DNA of 16,903 bases from Octopus sinensis (GCF_006345805.1 NW_021824897.1:1-16903), one strand, 5' to 3'. Shown: positions 1 through 9,940, numbered from the stretch's first letter. Program-made: numbers and translations. The notes: generated by a model not told the origin, from the sequence alone.

Positions 1-196
1 CTACGATTTTAAAAATAATTTACCATAATTTTTTCCATTTTAATGCATTTTTTCGCTATTATTAAGGGAAGTAACTGTCTAAAAATGTCTACGATGAGTC
101 AACGATTTAAAAAAAAATTTACCATCATTTTTTTTCCATTCTTAATGCATTTTTTTTTTTGCTATTTTTTGGTTATAACCCGGGCGATACTGCTAG
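1..196 (+). mobile_element. Non-autonomous Helitron, 3' part (runs off the window start), with an internal duplication and a collapsed terminal hairpin
   Basis: Shares ctacgat...aaatttaccat...taatgcatttt...taagggaagtaact.tctaaaaat and the terminus cgggcgatactgCTAG|T (CTAG 193-196, T197) with the complete copy at 6408-6723. Confidence 0.7.
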
Positions 197-265
197 TGTT
201 TTATGAATTAATTAAAGCAAGATTTGAACACCTGTGTGGAAGGTTCGTATATGGAAGCTAGTTAA

Positions 266-1134
266 AGGAACATCGAAATAATAAGAATTCTAACCAAGAT
301 AGAAAATATTTTATTTGTGTTTAGCAAAAAAGAAAAAAAAAATGTGAACGTGGTCTCTAAAATTAATCTTTTTTTATTAAGAAATAAAAATAAATTTCAC
401 GTCAAAGACAGCATGACGTTGTTCCGATTTGAAGGAAATTATTTTAATTGCCTTTTACCTTATGTTTAAATTACTTGAATTAAAGAAATCTAATGAAAAA
501 TGAGATATCTTGTTGGAAATGAAAATAAATTTTTAAGTATGATGCTTGAAACGGCATTTCTAAATATTTTTAAAATTGAAACAAAATATAGAACGTGTTT
601 TAAAATCTACGAGAAAACGAGATTTCAGGGCTTTAAAACTATATTTTTCGAATATTAATTTTAAAATATTGAATATTCAACCACAGAATATTTTCTTTAA
701 GAGTTATTGAGTTCATGTCATTAAAAAAAACAAAAAACAAAAAACAAAAAAAACGTGAAAATTTTCATTTCATAAAATCTGCAAACGATATAACTTGAAA
801 CAAGTCTTTCAACGGATTGAGTTTTAAAAATTTGGAGATGCCAATGATCAAATAAAAAATAGATATAAATAAATAAAATAAGCGATTTAATTCCGAGGCA
901 AAAATTTCCTGATTTAAGAGTGGTAAAACGAAAATGGTAAAAAATATCGATTGCATGCAAAAGGTAGGAAGTTATTCAGAAATAGAAATTTTTAAATATT
1001 TAAAATAGCTTTCATTAAAATTTTCATCGGAAACATCTCACCAACAAATTTTCTATAAAACAATATCCATTTGGTGCTAATAAAAACTAATTTAATTTTT
1101 ATTTTTCTGAATTTCTAGTTATTAAGAATATTCC
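266..1134. mobile_element. Candidate Kolobok-type non-autonomous DNA transposon (TTAA flanks, purine termini), old
   Basis: TTAA at 262-265 and 1135-1138. Left end aggaacatcgaaataataagaattct aligns loosely with the reverse complement of the right end, ggaatattcttaataactagaaattc; weak similarity continues to a shared ttagca about 60 bp in. No coding capacity recognised. Confidence 0.4.
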
Positions 1135-1332
1135 TTAAGGAGTTTATTTAATGGAAAAATACGTGGAGGGGCCTTTACCCAGAAGTTGGATAGCAATGGA
1201 TGATGTGATTGCTTAAAATGATTATTTTTTTAAATGTTCCATTTATTTCATTTAATTAAAATGTTTTAATATCTTACTGCGAGTATTACATCCACATATA
1301 TACATGTCCCCATGTGTACCTATTTACATGTT

Positions 1333-1384
1333 CACACACACACACCATACACACGCACACACATACACACACACACACACACAT
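1333..1384. repeat. (CA)n microsatellite, interrupted
   Basis: Direct reading. Confidence 0.95.
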
Positions 1385-1770
1385 CAGGCATGTACCATCA
1401 GTAATACTCAGGGTAGGCAGTTGGTGACGTTTATATAGTAAAACACACAAAAAAATAAGTGAAACACAGGCATGTGACTGAGTAGGAGGCAGAATTACTT
1501 CTGCCTTTATAGCATGTAAAGAAAGCGTTCTTGTAGGAATGTACGCAGCATGTGTACTACAGCATTACTATGTGTAGCTTAGATACTGAGATTGAAAAGC
1601 AGGGGCAAATTATGCCTACCTAATCTATAAAAAGACTAAAATATTTTGCATTTTATGCAGAGTAACCTTCATAATTTGATTGAATTGGGTGCCATGGGAG
1701 GAAAATGTTGCTATTGATCTATTTTATTCAAGGTATACCTTGAATAAATTATCTAGGCGGCCCGTCTCTA

Positions 1771-2008
1771 ATATATATATTTCTTTACTACCCACGAGGG
1801 GCTAAACACAGAGGGGACAAACAAGGACAGATAAACGGATTAAGTCGATTATATCGACTCCAGTGCGCCACTGGTACTTAATTTATCGACACTGAAAGGA
1901 TGAAAGGCAAAGTCGACCTCGGCGAAATTTGAACCCAGAACGTAACGCCAGACGAAATACGGCTACGCATTTCTCCCGGCGTGCTAACGTTTCTGCCAGC
2001 TCGCCGCC
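1771..2008 (-). mobile_element. tRNA-derived SINE, family A, full length (tail type 1)
   Basis: Minus strand: ggcggcgagctggcagaaacgttagc (A-box-like), gggttcaaatttc (B-box-like), core gtcgactttgcctttcatcctttcagtgtcgataaattaagtaccagt, tail ...gtttagcccctcgtgggtagtaaagaaata ending in (TA)n. Homologous to 13791-14000. Confidence 0.85.
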
Positions 2009-2020
2009 TTTTATATATAT

Positions 2021-2047
2021 GTGTGTGTGCGTGGATGCGTGCGTGCG

Positions 2048-2083
<36 letters not shown>
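2021..2083. repeat. (TG)n microsatellite
   Basis: Direct reading. Confidence 0.95.
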
Positions 2084-2084
<1 letters not shown>

Positions 2085-2207
2085 TATACATATATATACA
2101 TGTGTATATATATTTTACTGTGTTTGTATTTTCTTTAGTCATTGCGCGGTGATCACTCATTAGCTTTAAGCTTATAAAATACAATCATTATCATTTACAG
2201 AATATAA

Positions 2208-2274
<67 letters not shown>

Positions 2275-2516
2275 TGTGTATATGTGTGTATGTGTGTGTG
2301 TGTGTGTGTATGTATATATATGTATATATATAAATATATGTATATATATACACGATGGGCTTCTTTCAGTTTCCGTCTACCAAACCCACTCACACGGCAT
2401 TGGTCGGCCCGAGGCTATAGTAGAAGATATTTGCCCAAGGTGCCACGCAGTGGGACTAAACCCGAAGCCATGTCGTTGGGAAGCAAGATTCTTCGTACAC
2501 AGCCGCGCCTGCTCTT
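2208..2516 (-). mobile_element. tRNA-derived SINE, family B, 5' half plus expanded internal (CA)/(TA) microsatellite; 3' half absent
   Basis: Minus strand gcaggcgcggctgtgt...gggtttagtcccactgcgtggcaccttgggcaa...gaaactgaaagaagcccatcgt aligns with the 5' half of the copies at 14248-14648 and 15285-15698. Confidence 0.8.
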
Positions 2517-3161
2517 ATAGTGTTTATAGAATATTAATTATAATTTATGGATTGACTGAAGAGTTTCACAATGAAATACAATGATTGAAGTCGAAAAGTG
2601 TTGATTGAAGCAGTGGCATCTAAGAAGCGCAAAGCTAGAATGCAAAACTAGTCAACGCGAAACACGGTTTTGTTATTCTTGGTTGCATTCAAAAATAAAG
2701 AAATTACGATGAAAGTAAGAAGAGAACTGGGTCTTCATTGTAATGGAAGAACATCGAATAACTTAACCAAAGAGTTTTTCAGGAAACAGGAAATTAAAGG
2801 TCTTTCAAGTGTGCATAAACTGACACAGATAGATTCGTGAGTTTTGTGGAGATCAAAAGCGATTCTTCGACGAATTCAACGGTAACTAATAGAATGGAAA
2901 AAAGTCATATCTAATCACGAAGAATCTAGCCATTGTTGCAACTGAATATGGAAAAACGAAGAAAAAAAAATCAGACAATCAGAGAAAGAGACGAGAAGCA
3001 AAAATGTTAACTGTTGGAAGACAAATTTGGTAACATTTAAGGAATAATAACCAGAGAATAACATCTTGTAATTAAAGACGTCTAATACAGGACCTTCACA
3101 AGAAGGCAGCGAACTAGAAAACTGTTCTAATTAGAATCAGTCATGCACAGGTGTTGGACGA

Positions 3162-3257
3162 AATAATCGTTTCTTTTACAAGCACAAGACCGGAAATATA
3201 TTGTGGTGGTGGTGGGGGGGCAAGACGATTATATCGACCCCAGTATTTGACTGGTAC

Positions 3258-3261
<4 letters not shown>
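3162..3261 (-). mobile_element. SINE family A, 3' half only (tail type 3), broken at a (TA)n array
   Basis: Minus strand taagtaccagtcaaatactggggtcgatataatcg matches the family A core, followed by a C-run and ...ggtcttgtgcttgtaaaagaaacgattatt. Confidence 0.6.

Positions 3262-3323
<62 letters not shown>
3262..3323. repeat. (TA)n microsatellite
   Basis: Direct reading. Confidence 0.95.
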
Positions 3324-3590
3324 TAAGGATGCCTTTTTTTAAAAAAAAGACACTAGCTTTGCTGAACATAGGAATTAAAACCCTCTGAAGCCACGAAAAG
3401 TATCACTATGTTTACTCGGGTATGACCCTAAAAAAAAAATTTAAGTGAATTAAGGAATTGCTTCTTATCTCTGCAAAAATGCAAGAAGAAATGTCAATTA
3501 ACTTGATACCATAATTTCGAATTTGGTGTCAAAAGACACGCTCGATTCTCTTCAGTTAAGTCTACCGTAAAAGAAACACTTAATTATCAC

Positions 3591-3607
3591 TGTGTGTGTA
3601 TATATAT

Positions 3608-3675
<68 letters not shown>
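3591..3675. repeat. (TA)n/(TG)n compound microsatellite
   Basis: Direct reading. Confidence 0.95.
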
Positions 3676-3678
<3 letters not shown>

Positions 3679-3715
3679 ATATAATGTGCATGTATATATG
3701 TAGAAAGGAATAAGA

Positions 3716-4072
3716 AGGCAGTCAGAAGTTTGGATAATTCTTTATCAGCGCTTTCGTTCGTTTGATCGAATACTTCAAGAAAAATTATCAACCAAAATAA
3801 TAAAAACGGAACGTTTCCTTGTTTATTTTTATATGAATCGAAAAACGGATGTTTTCGTGTTTTGTTTAGAAGAAGAGAAAATGTTGTTTCTTGGAGAAAG
3901 TGAGAAAGAGAGGAGATTTTGGGAGCAGAACAATCGAGAATGAAAAAGAAAAGAAGAACAAAGAGGGGGATGAAACGTTCCGTTTTTTATTGTTTTGGTT
4001 GAAGTTTTCTTGAAGAATTCGTTTAAACGAACGAAAGCACTAATAAAGAATTATCCAAAATTCTGACTGCCT
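3716..4072. repeat. ~100 bp inverted repeat (3716-3817 / 3972-4072) around a 154 bp purine-rich spacer; MITE or inverted Penelope-like terminal repeat
   Basis: Left arm aggcagtcagaagtttggataattctttatcagcgctttcgttcgtttgatcgaatacttcaagaaaa...aaaaacggaacgtttc matches the reverse complement of the right arm at about 89% by manual alignment. Confidence 0.85.
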
Positions 4073-4121
4073 ATTTTTTCTTAATATACAATATCTATAC
4101 ACCACTTCAAACATCCTATAC

Positions 4122-4132
4122 ACTCACACACA

Positions 4133-4182
<50 letters not shown>

Positions 4183-4190
4183 ACCACACA
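4122..4190. repeat. (CA)n microsatellite
   Basis: Direct reading. Confidence 0.95.
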
Positions 4191-4264
4191 TATATATGTG
4201 TATGTATGTCTTGTACTCAGTTTTTTCGTTGTTAAAAATGGTCCGTTCCCTGGTTTGTTTTTAT

Positions 4265-4297
<33 letters not shown>

Positions 4298-4298
4298 C
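4265..4298. repeat. (TTTTCG)5 hexamer repeat
   Basis: Direct reading. Confidence 0.9.
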
Positions 4299-4444
4299 TC
4301 GTTTAGTTCTACGTCAATTGTGGTGTCCTGTACTCACGTATATATATATTTATATATGCATGTATATATACATGTAGATGTAGGTACGTACTACATGTAT
4401 GTATGCATATATTTTATTTATTACACATTGTATGACTGAGCGCC

Positions 4445-4482
4445 ATCGCATCGATTCGATTCGATTCGTTTCGTTTCGTTTC
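4445..4482. repeat. (ATTCG)3(TTTCG)2+ pentamer repeat
   Basis: Direct reading. Confidence 0.85.
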
Positions 4483-5248
4483 TCCTTCTTCTCTAAGCCA
4501 GTATGCCGTAATTATAGTATATATATAGTATATATGCATGCATGCATGTATGTATATGTGCATACACATGGTGGATTTCCGTACACTTTGTGACACCTTA
4601 AATCCACTCAGTATATATTACTCAAAACAAATGGCAGTGTAAGAAAATCGTTGCCCAACGCATCCAAAGAGATCAAAACTGGCTCGGCCAAGTAAACCCG
4701 TCGTTGCGGGGCATGCCTCTTAACCACTTAACAAGCCATGCTCTAACTACTGTTCCACCTTTGAATTATACAAATGTGCTTACTTCCTTAAAAATACCAA
4801 CACATATTAATGGTCATCGATAAGTTATGTAAATAGATACTTAAAATACTTTTTTTGCGCATAGAAACTAAAACACTGACGTTTCATTGATTACCAAATG
4901 CTATAATATTCTGGACAACAAAAATATGGTCTGAATTCGCAAAAGCTTTGATGTATAGAAATAAGTTATTCTGGTGTTAGATAAGTGATTACAAAAATAA
5001 TTAGCTTTTATATAAAAAATACAGGTGAATTCTTAGAGCTGTAATAGAATTCCTATGTAATTAATCTCCTGTCACCTCTTCATTTTGCACACTATCTTTA
5101 TATTAAGGTGTAACATAAAGATATTCTATGTAGGTATTAAATATGATCATTAATTTGAATGCCTGTCTACTCTTTAACTGTTCCATTAGTCTGTACAAAA
5201 GACATACAAGATACAGAAGCAAGCTTGCCCAGTGGGAAATAATGAATA

Positions 5249-5255
5249 AATATAT

Positions 5256-5319
<64 letters not shown>

Positions 5320-5338
5320 TATTATATATATATATATT
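5249..5338. repeat. (TA)n microsatellite, interrupted
   Basis: Direct reading. Confidence 0.95.
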
Positions 5339-5548
5339 AATATAAAGGAATGAAGAAAATGCTGACAAAATAATTAGGTAAGGAGAGTGTATTTAATTAG
5401 GTGAACGTTCTTTTTAATACCGGTTGCGCATTTGTTTGCTTATCAAAGATATTTTTTAAGAGCGATAGAGTTCCTTCTGATAGATTTTTTTTCTTATATA
5501 ATATATATATATATATAATAGATATATATATATATCTATATATATAAT

Positions 5549-5701
5549 AGGCGTGTGGTAATAGTTTTTGCTTACCAACCATATGGTTCCGGGATCAGTC
5601 TCACTGTGTGGCACCTTGGACAAGTGTCTTCTACTATAGCTTCCAGCCGACCAAAGCCTTGTGAGTGGATTTGGCAGATGGAAACTGAAAGAAGCCCGTC
5701 G

Positions 5702-5740
<39 letters not shown>

Positions 5741-5869
5741 ATTTGTGTGTGTGTGTGTGTGTGTTTCTGTATCTGTATTTGTCCCCCCACGACCGCTTGA
5801 CAACCAATGATGGTGTGTTTACGTCCCCGTAAATTAGCGGTTCGGCAAAAGAGAATAAGTACTAGGCTT
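5549..5869 (+). mobile_element. tRNA-derived SINE, family B, diverged and 3'-truncated
   Basis: Head ...tggttccgggatcagtctcactgtgtggcaccttggacaagtgtcttc, internal (TA)/(TG) repeat, then gtccccccacgaccgcttgacaacc...agcggttcggcaaaagagaataagtactaggctt; the last ~100 bp of the full-length form are missing. Confidence 0.85.
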
Positions 5870-6128
5870 CCTATAGTTTCCGCCTTTAGTACATATAATA
5901 TAGCATTATACATACATATATATGTCACAGGACCTCTCAAAACTAGACATCAGTAGCTAACAATTATTTAAGCCTAATTAGATTACCTATGAAGAAAGCC
6001 AAACGGACACTGTCCACTTTACAAGAATGGAATACAACTTAGGATAACGAGACCAAGATATAAGAAATTGACAATCGAGCATAACATATCAATTCCCATC
6101 ATCAGCTGCTAATCGCACATCACTATGT

Positions 6129-6215
6129 TTTCGACACCTGGGCAGCACCATTCAATCTGGTGATATCAACAGCGTTAAAAATATGACCACTGCCTGGGCA
6201 TCCACCAGGTTATTG
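6129..6215 (+). pseudogene. Faint relic of a LINE reverse-transcriptase C-terminal region, RTE-like
   Basis: Translates as FRHLGSTIQSGDINSVKNMTTAWASTRLL, resembling the RTE-clade F.YLGS.I...G.I...I..RI..AW..(W)R.L motif. Upstream frames are broken. Confidence 0.3.
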
Positions 6216-6407
6216 CTACAAACGACAGCAAACAGTGATAACTTATAGCTACAGAACTGTACATATAACAAAGAACTTATTCCAAAAAAGGACAGCCACA
6301 TAATATTGATGGATGTATATATTCATATTCAGGTTAACATTCAGTTCATCTACACCAGAAACATGGCCGTGCAACGATTTGCTGTGAGTCTCTAACGATC
6401 AGCAAAA

Positions 6408-6723
6408 TCTTTGTATATAAAACTGAAGTTGTGTGTGTGTCTGTCTACTCCGATTTAGATTCCTAACTACTCCCACATTTTGCGGTGCAGTTTAACCAAA
6501 AGCGAGTATCTTATAGTCGTGATTCATATCGAGCCCTTCTGGGTATTAGCGCGCGTCTACGATGAGTCTACGATGAGTCTACGATTAAAAAAAAAATTTA
6601 CCATCATTTTTCCGCATTTTTAATGCATTTTTTGCTCGGTTTATATAAGGGAAGTAACTCTCTAAAAATACTTATATAGTTATTTCCCTTACAAACCCGA
6701 GCAACGCCGGGCGATACTGCTAG
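6408..6723 (+). mobile_element. Complete non-autonomous Helitron, 316 bp
   Basis: A|TC 5' end (A6407, TC 6408-6409, tctttgtatataaaactgaagttgtgtgtgtgtctgtct); 3' CTAG 6720-6723 followed by T6724; GC-rich hairpin cccgagcaacgccggg (6696-6711) 8 nt upstream of CTAG; no TSD. These are the canonical Helitron hallmarks. Confidence 0.85.
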
Positions 6724-7123
6724 TATATGATATTTACACTTTGCAGAACAAGAAAGCCAATCAACTTTCGAAAGTAATCCATTAATGCGATTGTCTCTCC
6801 ATTACTTGCCATAAATTACTTCGTGTATTACCCACAATTTTACTATTTTTTTGGTAGAAAACTCATTACGAATCTCTCAGTTACCAACTTCATATTATAT
6901 AATCACACAGTGAATAGGTTTTCGAATAACGAAACAGTTGCTAAATATATTATATAGCTTTCTTTTGCATACCTCGAAGGATATTACCTTTCCAAGCGTA
7001 TATTATTCATTCTGCAGACATCAATTTAGCTTCTGTAATTTTGATTTGTCTCGGTCATTCACAAGCCGAACATACTTTGATTCTTGTATACCAAATTATA
7101 TAATAAACAACAAAAACAACAAC

Positions 7124-7305
7124 GATTATTATTATTATTACTATTATTATTATCATTATTATTATTTTTATCATTATTATTATTATTATTATTATTATAT
7201 TATTATTATTATTATTATTATTATTTATTATTATTACTACTACTACTACTATTATTATTATTATATTATTGTTATTACTACTACTACTATTATTATTATT
7301 ATTAC

Positions 7306-7384
<79 letters not shown>
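7124..7384. repeat. (ATT)n/(ACT)n array = (TAA)n tail/target of the adjacent R4/Dong element
   Basis: Direct reading; abuts the 3' UTR of the element at 7385. Confidence 0.9.
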
Positions 7385-8112
7385 TGATGAAAACTCTCAG
7401 CATATTTTGCTGGGTATGATGGAAAGTGTCGGGTGTCCACAGCCAGCAGACTAAGGAGACACTTGTTTTACTGGTCATGCTTCAAGAACCCTGTGAAGAA
7501 TTCTTACAGTTCCAAGCAATGCTGATTTTTGTAGGTGTTCTACCTCCACACTTGCACCAATCTTTTCCAGCCATGTTGGTAGTTGAGTGCTGATACTTCC
7601 AAGTGCACCAATTACTATTGGCATCACGTCTACTCTCTTCATTCACCATATCCTTCATTTTTCCCACTTTAAATCATCATAGTTGTTTATTTTTTCTTCT
7701 TTCACATTGATCCTGTGGTCAGGGGGACATCTTGCTACGTCGATTATCATACATGTTCTTTCTTTTTTTTATTCACCACAACAATGTCCAGTGTCCGATG
7801 TCTGGACAGGTGATCGGGTGATCGCACTGGATCATTAAATCCCACAGGATTTTCGAGTTCTCATTATTCGGTGATTCCTTCTGGAGTTTTCCCATAACAC
7901 GTCTTTGCTCTTTGTAGGCCGTGATTTCCACAGAGCTCCCAGTGGATCATTCTTGCCACCACATTGCCGTGTCGTCTTTTGCATTCGTGTTGAGCCAATT
8001 TCAGGGGTTCGCTAACAATGTGTCATACCATTTCACCCCTCTCACCACACACTCTGCATTTGTCGCTCTCGGTAGTGTTGTCAATTCTGCACTTCACATA
8101 GTGTTTAACGCT
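7385..8112 (-). mobile_element. 5'-truncated R4/Dong-clade non-LTR retrotransposon: CCHC knuckle plus restriction-like endonuclease, pseudogenised
   Basis: Minus-strand translation with stops/frameshifts: HYVKCRIDNTTESDKCRVCGERGEMV*HIVSE (CRVC 8047-8058), KRRHGNVVARMIHW, KILWD, LDIVVV (7774-7791), IIDVA (7733-7747), KEEKINNYDDLK, MPIVIGALG (7598-7624), LQKSALLGTVRILHRVLEA* (stop 7475-7477), then a 90 bp 3' UTR into (AAT)n. Confidence 0.9.
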
Positions 8113-8354
8113 TATTATTATTATTATTATTATATTATTATTATTATTATTATTATTATCATTCATCGTCATCATTCATCATCATCATCATCATTCATCA
8201 TTATCTCATCATATCATATCATCATCATCATCATCATCATCATCACATCATCACCATCATCATCATATATTATTATTATATTTATTATCATTGTTATTAT
8301 TATATTCATGTTATTGTTGTTGTTATTATTATTATCATTATTACTATATTTTTA

Positions 8355-8385
<31 letters not shown>

Positions 8386-8466
8386 CATTGTTATTATTAT
8401 ATTCATTGTTATTGTTTGTTGTTGTTGTTGTTGTTGTTATTATTATTATTATTATTATTATTGTTG

Positions 8467-8512
<46 letters not shown>

Positions 8513-8552
8513 CATTACTATTATTATTGTTGTTGTTGTTGTTATTGTTATT
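8113..8552. repeat. Trinucleotide mosaic (ATT/ATC/GTT)n
   Basis: Direct reading; source of the poly-Y/I/L ORFs. Confidence 0.95.
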
Positions 8553-8599
8553 ATTTCCATTTTCGTCATTAACACTTCTTCTCGCCCCCACCTTTTCCC

Positions 8600-8697
8600 A
8601 CTCTCCCCCTCCTCTCTCCATCCCCCTTGCCCCTCTCCCCCTCCTCTCTCCATCCCCCTTGCCACTCTCCCCCCTCTTCTCTCCATCCCCCTTTCCC
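8600..8697. repeat. 32 bp pyrimidine-rich tandem repeat, 3 copies
   Basis: Unit (a/c)ctctccccctcctctctccatcccccttgcc starting at 8600, 8632 and 8664 (third copy diverged). Confidence 0.85.
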
Positions 8698-8955
8698 ATG
8701 TCTCCTCCGAAGGGATGTAAGAACCAAACAGCTTCGAAATCCCTTCCCTAATCAATCACGCGTTTAATAAGTCACGTGACTACAGATAAATCCATTAACC
8801 TTTTACCTTCTCCCGTTACTCTCCCACCTCCCCCAGATCGATAACTTTGATGATCGAATATCTTATTTACTCAAACGATTTCGTTTATTCGCTTATTTAA
8901 TTTCTTCATACTAACATTAAACCCCCACCCCCGCCAAATTTTCACACATATACTG

Positions 8956-9520
8956 TAGCAGTAGTAGTGGTGGTGGTGGTGTTGGTGGTGGCTGTAATAA
9001 TAGTTGTAGTGCTGGTGGTGGTGGTGGTAGGGGTGGTTGTGGTGGTTGTGGTTGTAGTGGTGGTGGTGGTGGTTGTGGTGGTTGTGGTGGTTGTGGTTGT
9101 AGTGGTGGTGGTGGTGGTTGTGGTGGTTGTGGTGGTTGTGGTTGTAGTGGTGGTGGTTGTAGTAGTGGTTGTGGTGGTGGTAGTAGCTGTAATAGTAGTA
9201 GTAGTAATGGTGGTGGTGCTGGTAGTAGTGGTGGTAGTGATGGCAGTTGTGGTGGTGGTGGTAGTAGTAGCAATATTAGTAGTAGCAGTAGTAGTAATAG
9301 TAGCAGTGGATGTGGTGGTAGTGGTGGTGGTAGTTGTAGTAGTAGCAGCAGCAGCAGCATCAGTTGTAGTTATAGCAGCAACAGTAGTAGTAATAGTAGT
9401 AGTTGTAGTAGAAGCTAGTGGTAGTAGTAATTAGTAGTAGTGGTAGTAGTCGTAGCAGTAGCTACTGGGAGTAGTAATTAGTGGTAGTAGGAGTAGCAGC
9501 AGCGGTAGTAGTAGTAGTAA

Positions 9521-9554
<34 letters not shown>

Positions 9555-9860
9555 GGTGGTGGTGGTGGTGGTGGTGGTTGTTGTTGTTTGTTGTTGTGGT
9601 TGAGGTTGTAGCTGCTACAACTGTTTCTGTGGCTGCTGCTGCTGTTATTTTAGCTGTTTCTTCATGTTGCTGTTGTTGTTGTTTCAATTTATCCATCTAC
9701 CTGTGGTCACCTTGGTTACCTTTATTCGCACGGTGTTGTTGTTGTTGTTGCAGTGTCTGTTCTTCCTTATGTTATGTCTGCTGCTGCTGCTGTTGTCGAT
9801 GTTCTTGTTGCAATTGTCGTACTTGTTGATTGTATTGTGTTTGTTGGTTTGTTGTTGTTT
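8956..9860. repeat. Trinucleotide mosaic (GGT/GTT/AGT/AGC/GCT)n with a 45 bp higher-order unit
   Basis: Direct reading; source of the poly-V/P/Q ORFs. Confidence 0.9.
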
Positions 9861-9868
9861 TGGTTAAC

Positions 9869-9870
9869 TA

Positions 9871-9935
<65 letters not shown>

Positions 9936-9940
9936 GTCTG

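Noticed and set aside
2530-3160. Purine-rich unique segment as a decayed LINE coding region
   Set aside because: No frame gave a recognisable motif; left unassigned.
4690-4745. Possible tRNA/SINE head on the minus strand (tggcttgttaagtggttaagagg)
   Set aside because: Only an A-box-like stretch; no B box and no match to the other SINEs in the window.
1929-5940. ORFs with CVCV/HTHT/IYIY runs and the recurring RWSA.GYSRR.LPKVP.SGT peptide
   Set aside because: They are translations of SINE family B and dinucleotide repeats; the same peptide recurs at each SINE copy.
6555-6585. CRISPR-like or hammerhead-like reading of gtctacgatga repeats
   Set aside because: The 11 bp units are adjacent with no spacers, and the motif is ACGAUGAG rather than CUGAUGA with no matching GAAA arm. 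It is internal to the Helitron.
8770-8781. 12 bp palindrome AGTCACGTGACT (E-box/CLEAR-like site)
   Set aside because: Single occurrence with no promoter or gene context; function cannot be supported from sequence.
8793-8912. Strong-looking splice acceptor (pyrimidine tract, cag at 8834-36) and a following 25-codon frame
   Set aside because: No convincing donor, no recognisable peptide, and pyrimidine tracts are abundant here.
9560-9860. Minus-strand polyQ/T-rich frame (QQEHRQQQQQ...MDKLKQQQQQHEETAK) as a host exon
   Set aside because: Interrupted by stops, continuous with the surrounding triplet mosaic, and without splice signals I can support.
6938-9867. Long ORFs of poly-Y/I/L/V/P/Q (e.g. 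7921-8751, 8917-9360, 8967-9434)
   Set aside because: They are trinucleotide arrays that lack stops by composition; 7921-8112 is the antisense of the Dong element. No domain or splice evidence.
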